64,000 bases of DNA from Escherichia coli (GTDB lineage Bacteria; Pseudomonadota; Gammaproteobacteria; Enterobacterales; Enterobacteriaceae): NCBI RefSeq assembly GCF_030013595.1, contig NZ_CP122768.1; one strand, written 5' to 3'. The stretch's first letter is position 1, and each line of letters opens with the position of its first letter. A program made the position numbers and the translations under genes. Shown here piece by piece: positions 57,461 to 64,000 of the stretch. Below the pieces are notes generated by a model. The model was not told where the DNA came from and ran no database searches. It worked only from the letters and a program-made list of their open reading frames with translations.

Positions 57461-58063
57461 ATGGAAGCGCGAATTTCAACTGAACGGCATGTGCAGCGCC
57501 AGCAGAAATTGAAGGAACAGGTCGATACGCGCATCGCGGCGGCGATAGAGAAAAAAGGGATTTTGATTGTTTTCACCGGCAATGGCAAAGGGAAATCCAC
57601 TGCCGCGTTTGGTACTGTGACGCGCGCGGTGGGTCATGGCAAAACGGTGGGGGTTGCGCAGTACATCAAGGGGCAATGGGACAACGGCGAATACAACCTT
57701 CTCCAGCCGCTGGGGGTTGAGTTTCATATTATGGGAACCGGTTTTACCTGGGAGACACAGAACCGGCAAGCGGATATCGACGCGGCGAAAGAGGTCTGGT
57801 CGGAAAGCAAACGGATGCTGGCTGACAAGCGTTACGACTTAGTGGTGCTTGATGAGCTGACCTATATGCTGGCTTACCATTATCTGGATACCGAAGAAGT
57901 GATCGCTTCTCTGCAAAACCGCCCGGCACAACAAAGTGTCATTGTCACCGGACGCGGTTGCCACAGTCAGATATTAAAAATGGCGGATACGGTCAGCGAA
58001 ATCCGCCCCGTCAAACATGCTTTTGATAACGGCATTCAGGCCCAGCCGGGTATCGACTGGTAA
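57461..58063 (+). CDS. Cob(I)alamin adenosyltransferase (CobA/BtuR family)
   Basis: 200 aa, P-loop FTGNGKGKSTAAFG. Confidence 0.85.
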   Translation: MEARISTERHVQRQQKLKEQVDTRIAAAIEKKGILIVFTGNGKGKSTAAFGTVTRAVGHGKTVGVAQYIKGQWDNGEYNLLQPLGVEFHIMGTGFTWETQNRQADIDAAKEVWSESKRMLADKRYDLVVLDELTYMLAYHYLDTEEVIASLQNRPAQQSVIVTGRGCHSQILKMADTVSEIRPVKHAFDNGIQAQPGIDW

Positions 58064-58065
58064 TA

Positions 58066-58096
58066 ACTGCGCCTGGCATCCCGCCAGGCGCAGGTT
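58066..58096. terminator. Bidirectional terminator between adenosyltransferase and LysR genes
   Basis: CTGCGCCTGGC-atcc-CGCCAGGCGCAG hairpin with flanking A/T runs. Confidence 0.5.
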
Positions 58097-59002
58097 TTAC
58101 ATCTCCTGCGGTACAACCGATTTCGCCAGCAACCATTCACGAAATTGCTGCAAGTGCGGTGAGTCAGACTTCTCTTCCTGCCACGTCATAATAAAACGAT
58201 TACCGGTACGAATAGGCACATCACAGGGGATCACCATATCGCCACTATCCAAATCATGTTGAATAGCGAACCGTGGTAACAGCGCCACGCCGAGATTCGA
58301 GCGCACGGCGGCAATCAGCATTGAAAGCAAATCGAAACGTGGTCCGTTGTTGACCAGCGGACTGCTAACGCCAGATAAGGCAAACCACTCTTCCCAGCCA
58401 GTAATACGGGTACTTTGATGCAGAAGTGGTAACTCTGTAAGCAGTTCTGCCACTGACAGTTTTTGATCGGACATTGCAAGCAAACTGCCGCTGCATACCG
58501 GCAAAATCTCCTCATAAAAGAGATATTCTACTTCCGCCCAGGGCGCGCAAAAATTTTCGCGCATAATGACAGCATCGTACTCCCGATTAAGAAAATCGCC
58601 GTTATTAGCTAAAGAGTGAATATTAACAATAATATCGGGATGTAACTTTGTGAATTCATGTAAATTTGGGATTAACCAGTGAGTACTAAACGTAGGATTA
58701 ACGGCAAGTTCAATAACCTGAACCGTAGGCTGCCAGGTCATAATGGTATTGGTATCGCGTTCCAGCTTATTTAATGTTTCTTTTACTATCCCCAGGTAAT
58801 ACTTCCCTGCATCATTAAGAAAAATGCGTTTTTTAGAGTGTGAAAATAACGGAGTATGTAAAAATTCCTCCAGCGCACTTACTTGTCTGAATACAGCACT
58901 TTGGGTTAACGCTAACTCCTCTGCCGCTCTGGTATAGCTTTCATGACGTGCGACGACCTCAAAAGTCACCAGCTGCTCCGTTTTAGGTATTTTTCCTCGC
59001 AT
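58097..59002 (-). CDS. LysR-family transcriptional regulator
   Basis: 301 aa from MRGKIPKTEQL; HTH TQSAVFRQVSALE. Confidence 0.8.
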   Translation of the reverse strand: MRGKIPKTEQLVTFEVVARHESYTRAAEELALTQSAVFRQVSALEEFLHTPLFSHSKKRIFLNDAGKYYLGIVKETLNKLERDTNTIMTWQPTVQVIELAVNPTFSTHWLIPNLHEFTKLHPDIIVNIHSLANNGDFLNREYDAVIMRENFCAPWAEVEYLFYEEILPVCSGSLLAMSDQKLSVAELLTELPLLHQSTRITGWEEWFALSGVSSPLVNNGPRFDLLSMLIAAVRSNLGVALLPRFAIQHDLDSGDMVIPCDVPIRTGNRFIMTWQEEKSDSPHLQQFREWLLAKSVVPQEM

Positions 59003-59213
59003 AATGCCGTCCGTGAAAAAATAACAATTCAAAAATTATTTTATAAAAAACAGTAGCACTAATGAATATCATAATTCAAATAAACAAACCAGTCAGCTAT
59101 ATGTCTAACCAGGAAAATAAAGTGACAATAATCCTAAAACAGGAATTTCACCTCAGTTATCCGCATGCAATACTTTAAAGCTATTATTGCAAGAATATTA
59201 TTCATATACATGA

Positions 59214-59341
59214 ATATACTCTAAATAAGTCAAGTTGCAGGAAGGGAACAAATAATGAATTTCCAGAAGCTTACATAAGTAAGTGACCTGGGTGAGCGAA
59301 CATCGATGCAGCACATGCAACTTGAATTATGACAAGTATAC
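59214..59341. repeat. ERIC-like element, divergent copy
   Basis: Shares ...GCTTACATAAGTAAGTGAC(C)TGGGTGAGCGAAC...GCAGCACATGCAACTTGAA with ERIC at 13414-13542. Confidence 0.65.
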
Positions 59342-59591
59342 AATGATAAATTTATATACCCTATGTTATATATTATCTATGTCCGGTTAAATTGAATGAG
59401 TCATGGCCTTAAAAGACTTCACAAAAGATAATTCCTCTTTAACAATAAGCCAGATTTACCACTTGTAAAACTTGCTATCGCCACATACACTACGCGCGTT
59501 TTCTTTCCCTTTTGCTGGCTGCTGACCGGAAAGACAAAATTACCCTCGCAATACAGGGGGTTGTTTAACGTCTATATTTCAGGACAGCGTT

Positions 59592-60989
59592 ATGCATCAT
59601 CTTTCAAGGCTTGATAAAGCCTTTCTGCGCAAAGGGATCCAACTTTCCCGCGCCAACAATATTGTTTCATTATCTCGTCCATCAGGTGCCAGTGCCCGCG
59701 TACTGCTGCCGGACGAACTGCCGCTGGAAGAAAAAGCAGTAACACAACTGCTTGATTTTGCAGAAGTGAAGCTACCAGACCACCCAGGTTATGTGCGCCA
59801 GACGTGCGCGACGCCAGATTTTCATCCCGGCAATGGAGTCCCCGTTGGCGCGGTGGTGGCCTCAACGCCGGATTTAGTCATTCCCGCCGCCATCGGCACC
59901 GATATTTCTTGTGGCATGCGGCTGCTGACGACCGGATTAACACTTGAGCAAGCCGAAGCGCATAAAGACGTCATCGCTCAGCGGTTAACGCAAGTGCTAC
60001 TGCAAAATGAGCGCGATGTTCCGTTATCCGCACAGGCGTTCACCGCGCTTTTTGATGGCGGACCGGCAGATTGCGTGTCGACCTTGCCATCAGCAGGTCT
60101 CTGGACACGCACGAATATCCCCCGAATGGTACAAGAGATTGACCGCTGCATTGGGCTTAACGAGCATAACAGTCATTCGCGTTATGCCCCACCCGCCCTG
60201 CTGGCAACGGACCGCGCATTACTCCGCGATCCTTGTCTGGGTACGCCGGGTTCAGGTAATCATTTTATTGAACTTCAGGTCGTTGATAGCGTGGTTGATC
60301 GCCATGTAGCCTGGCAACAAGGGCTGAAAACAGGCGATATTGTGGTGATGATCCACAGTGGATCGCGAGATGTTGGCTTTTACGTCGGAAGACGCTGGAT
60401 GGATCGCGCCCGTGCTGAATGGCCCACCGGACATAAACATCCACAAAGCGGGTTATATGGTCTGGCAGGCGGACTGGCGGAGGAATATCTACAAGCGATA
60501 GGAATGGCGGCGCGTTACGCGTGGTTAAATCGCGTCACAATTGCCGAAATGGTGCGCGTATGTCTCGCCAATCTCTTTCATCAGGACAATTCGCATCTGG
60601 TGGTGGATGTGCCGCATAACATCATCCTTCGCGAGCATGAAATGAATATTCATCGCAAAGGTGCAACACCGGCACGAGTGGGCGATCTGGCATTAATCCC
60701 CGGTTCAATGGGCGATTATTCGTGGCTTGCAGTCGGTTGCGGCAACCCGGAGTGGCTGTGGTCATGCAGTCACGGAGCAGGACGCAGCCAGCGTCGACAG
60801 GCCATGCGCTCAAGCGCGACTGAAGAGTCAACGCTGCCGTGGCAATGCGTCACATTGCGTGAAGAACGACGTCTTGAAGAAGCGCCAGCGGCTTATAAAG
60901 ATATTGGTCCGGTTATCGAAGCCCAACAAGAAGCCGGATTAATTCAGCCAGCGGTCAGATTTCGACCGTGGTTAACGTTTAAGGCATAA
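59592..60989 (+). CDS. RtcB-family RNA ligase homolog (orphan)
   Basis: 465 aa; motifs GTDISCGMRL, GSGNHFIEL, HSGSRDVG, SHGAGRS. Confidence 0.75.
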   Translation: MHHLSRLDKAFLRKGIQLSRANNIVSLSRPSGASARVLLPDELPLEEKAVTQLLDFAEVKLPDHPGYVRQTCATPDFHPGNGVPVGAVVASTPDLVIPAAIGTDISCGMRLLTTGLTLEQAEAHKDVIAQRLTQVLLQNERDVPLSAQAFTALFDGGPADCVSTLPSAGLWTRTNIPRMVQEIDRCIGLNEHNSHSRYAPPALLATDRALLRDPCLGTPGSGNHFIELQVVDSVVDRHVAWQQGLKTGDIVVMIHSGSRDVGFYVGRRWMDRARAEWPTGHKHPQSGLYGLAGGLAEEYLQAIGMAARYAWLNRVTIAEMVRVCLANLFHQDNSHLVVDVPHNIILREHEMNIHRKGATPARVGDLALIPGSMGDYSWLAVGCGNPEWLWSCSHGAGRSQRRQAMRSSATEESTLPWQCVTLREERRLEEAPAAYKDIGPVIEAQQEAGLIQPAVRFRPWLTFKA

Positions 60990-61086
60990 AAAAGGCCATC
61001 ATACGATGGCCAACCATGTCGAAACCGACAGCCCTTCGCCATTCCTGTAGAGGGAAGCGGCGAGGGCTATTTCTTATTACAGATAT
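60987..61086 (-). ncRNA. sdhX: sucD 3'UTR with intrinsic terminator; SdhX (RybD) sRNA locus
   Basis: Minus-strand GGCCAUCGUAUGAUGGCC hairpin plus U6 directly downstream of sucD stop. Confidence 0.55.
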
Positions 61087-61956
61087 TTATTTCAGAACAG
61101 TTTTCAGTGCTTCACCGATATCCGCCAGGCTGCGAACGGTTTTCACGCCTGCGGCTTCCAGAGCAGCGAATTTCTCATCCGCAGTCCCTTTCCCACCGGC
61201 AATGATCGCACCCGCGTGGCCCATACGTTTGCCTTTCGGCGCAGTCACACCAGCGATGTAACCCACAACTGGCTTGGTAACATGCTCTTTGATGTACGCA
61301 GCCGCTTCTTCTTCAGCGCTACCGCCGATCTCACCGATCATCACGATCGCTTCGGTCTGCGGATCTTTTTCGAACATTTCGAGGATGTCGATAAAGTTAG
61401 AGCCAGGGATCGGGTCACCGCCGATACCAACACAGGTCGACTGACCGAAACCGTAATCCGTGGTCTGTTTCACCGCTTCATAGGTCAGTGTACCGGAACG
61501 GGAAACGATACCCACTTTACCCGGTTTGTGAATGTGACCAGGCTGGATACCGATTTTGCATTCACCCGGAGTGATAACGCCTGGGCAGTTCGGGCCGATC
61601 ATGCGAACGCCCGCTTCATCCAGTTTCACCTTCACGGTCAGCATATCCAGCGTCGGGATGCCTTCAGTGATGGTGATAATCAGTTTGATGCCTGCATCAA
61701 TAGCTTCCAGAATGGAGTCTTTGCAGAACGGTGCTGGTACGTAGATAACAGAAGCGGTAGCGCCAGTAGCAGCAACAGCTTCACGCACGGTATTGAACAC
61801 CGGCAGGCCGAGGTGGGTAGTACCGCCTTTACCTGGGGTTACGCCGCCAACCATTTTGGTGCCGTATGCAATGGCCTGTTCAGAGTGGAAAGTCCCCTGG
61901 CTACCGGTAAAGCCCTGGCAGATAACCTTGGTGTTTTTATCAATTAAAATGGACAT
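61087..61956 (-). CDS. sucD: Succinyl-CoA synthetase alpha subunit
   Basis: 289 aa. Confidence 0.95.
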
Positions 61957-63122
61957 TATTTCCCCTCCACTGCGGCAACAACCTGCTGAGCTGCATCCGT
62001 CAGACCTTTTGCTGCAATAATATTCAGGCCGCTGTCAGCCAGTTTCTTCGCGCCGAGTTCGGCGTTGTTACCTTCCAGACGTACCACGACCGGTACGTTA
62101 ACACCCACTTCCGCTACCGCGCCGATGATACCGTCAGCGATCAGGTCGCAACGAACGATACCGCCGAAGATGTTAACCAGAACGGCTTTCACTTTGTCGT
62201 CAGAGAGGATGATTTTGAACGCTTCGGTTACACGTTCTTTGGTTGCGCCGCCGCCAACGTCCAGGAAGTTAGCTGGTTCGCCGCCGTGCAGTTTAACGAT
62301 GTCCATCGTACCCATCGCCAGACCTGCGCCGTTAACCATACAACCGATGTTACCGTCCAGCGCAACGTAGTTCAGTTCCCACTGTGCAGCCTGTGCTTCA
62401 CGCGGATCTTCCTGCGACTGGTCACGCATTTCGCGCAGATCAGGCTGGCGGAACAGTGCGTTGCCGTCAGCGCCCAGTTTGCCGTCGAGGCAAATCAGAT
62501 CGCCCTGTTTGGTGATGACCAGCGGGTTGATTTCGATCAGCGCCAGGTCGCGCTCCAGGAAAATGGTCGCCAGGCCCATGAAGATTTTGGTGAACTGCTG
62601 AACCAGTTTACCTTCCAGACCCAGTTTAAACGCCAGCTCGCGTCCCTGATACGGCATCGGGCCAGTCAGCGGATCAAGCGCAACTTTGTGGATCAGGTGC
62701 GGAGTTTCTTCCGCCACTTTTTCGATTTCCACGCCGCCTTCGGTGGAGGCCATAAAGACCACACGACGGGAACTACGGTCAACAACGGCACCGAGATACA
62801 GCTCTTTAGCGATATCGGTCGCTGCTTCAACCAGAATCTGGTTAACCGGTTGGCCATTGGCATCTGTTTGATACGTTACCAGACGCTTGCCCAGCCAGTT
62901 TTCTGCAAAAGCACGGATGTCTTCTTTGCTGTTTACCACTTTCACACCGCCCGCTTTACCGCGGCCACCAGCGTGAACCTGACATTTCACTACCCACGGA
63001 CCGGCACCGATTTTTGAAGCGGCTTCTTCTGCTTCGCGCGGAGTAGTACAGGCATAACCCACCGGTGCTGGTAAGCCATAGCGGGCAAAAAGTTGTTTTG
63101 CCTGATATTCATGTAAGTTCAT
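61956..63122 (-). CDS. sucC: Succinyl-CoA synthetase beta subunit
   Basis: 388 aa [18 protein letters not shown]. Confidence 0.95.
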
Positions 63123-63215
63123 GTGTTCTGTCCATCCTTCAGTAATCGTTATCTTTTAAACCGTAGACCGACACCCTATCCACGTCGGTCTACAGTGCAG
63201 GTGAAGCTTAAACTA

Positions 63216-64000
63216 CTACACGTCCAGCAGCAGACGAGTCGGATCTTCCAGCAACTCTTTGATCGTTACCAGGAAGCCCACGGATTCGCGACCATCGATC
63301 AGACGGTGATCGTAGGACAGCGCCAGGTACATCATCGGCAAGATCTCAACCTGACCATTCACCGCCATCGGACGATCTTTGATAGCGTGCATACCCAGAA
63401 TTGCGCTCTGCGGCGGGTTGATGATCGGCGTAGACATCAGGGAACCGAACACACCACCATTGGTGATGGTGAAGTTACCACCGGTCAGATCTTCAACGGT
63501 CAGCTTGCCGTCACGGCCTTTAACAGCCAGCTCTTTGATTTTCTTCTCGATGTCTGCCATGCCGAGGGTATCGACATCACGCAGAACCGGCGTCACCAGG
63601 CCGCGCGGCGTAGAAACCGCCATGCTGACGTCGAAATAGTTGTGGTAAACCACATCATCGCCGTCGATAGACGCGTTCACTTCCGGGTAACGTTTCAGGG
63701 CTTCAACCACCGCTTTCACGTAGAAGGACATAAAGCCCAGACGGATGCCGTGGCGTTTTTCAAACGCTTCACCGTACTGCTTACGCAGATCCATAATCGG
63801 CTTCATGTTGACTTCGTTGAACGTGGTCAGCATGGCGGTGGAGTTTTTCGCTTCCAGCAGACGCTCAGCCACACGCTTACGCAGGCGAGTCATCGGCACA
63901 CGTTTTTCGCTACGTGCAGCCAGAGCCGGTTGCGCCGCCGGAGCAGCCGCTGCCGGAGCAGACTCTTTCGCCGGGGCTTTCGCCAGATGTTTTTCCACAT
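63216..64000 (-). CDS. sucB: Dihydrolipoyllysine succinyltransferase (E2o), 3' part only; 5' end beyond window
   Basis: C-terminal catalytic domain, frame open to window end. Confidence 0.9.
   Translation of the reverse strand, partial: VEKHLAKAPAKESAPAAAAPAAQPALAARSEKRVPMTRLRKRVAERLLEAKNSTAMLTTFNEVNMKPIMDLRKQYGEAFEKRHGIRLGFMSFYVKAVVEALKRYPEVNASIDGDDVVYHNYFDVSMAVSTPRGLVTPVLRDVDTLGMADIEKKIKELAVKGRDGKLTVEDLTGGNFTITNGGVFGSLMSTPIINPPQSAILGMHAIKDRPMAVNGQVEILPMMYLALSYDHRLIDGRESVGFLVTIKELLEDPTRLLLDV

Noticed and set aside
61216-63017. 243-aa ORFs antisense to sucD and sucC
   Set aside because: Shadow frames of highly expressed GC-rich genes.

Overview
E. coli chromosomal segment running from the lambda attachment site through gal, tol-pal, cyd and suc, in reverse orientation relative to K-12 numbering. 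All calls are from reading the sequence and recalled protein families; no searches were run.

- **1-8192, prophage left end:** a lambdoid prophage with a lambda-like early-left operon (ral, ea10, cIII, kil, gam, bet, exo, orf60a/63/61/73, ea22, ea8.5, xis, int) ending in attL with the canonical 15-bp core. Its immunity-proximal part is not lambda: the N protein is of the 933W/P22 gp24 type, and an NYN/LabA-like ORF sits in the rexAB-equivalent slot.
- **8193-45222, host backbone:** ybhC, an IS3-family element (IS1397-like, 1432 bp) inserted in a REP element, ybhJ-ybhI-ybhH, ybhD, pgl, ybhA, modCBA, acrZ, modEF, galETKM, gpmA, aroG, ybgS, zitB, pnuC, nadA, seven tRNA genes (Lys/Val cluster), cpoB-pal-tolBARQ-ybgC, ybgE-cydX-cydBA.
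- **about 46000-60990, accessory island:** sits where K-12 carries mngR-mngAB. It holds an AT-rich two-gene cassette of unknown function, B12-dependent glutamate mutase (S, L, E), methylaspartate ammonia-lyase, a DUF1446/DUF4387 pair, a dicarboxylate/amino-acid symporter, a class I fumarase/mesaconase, a cob(I)alamin adenosyltransferase, a LysR regulator and an orphan RtcB-like ligase.
- **60987-64000:** the sucD 3'UTR (SdhX sRNA), sucD, sucC and the 3' part of sucB.

The best candidates for something undescribed are the AT-rich two-gene cassette, the DUF1446/DUF4387 pair inside the glutamate-mutase cluster, and the NYN-domain prophage gene.
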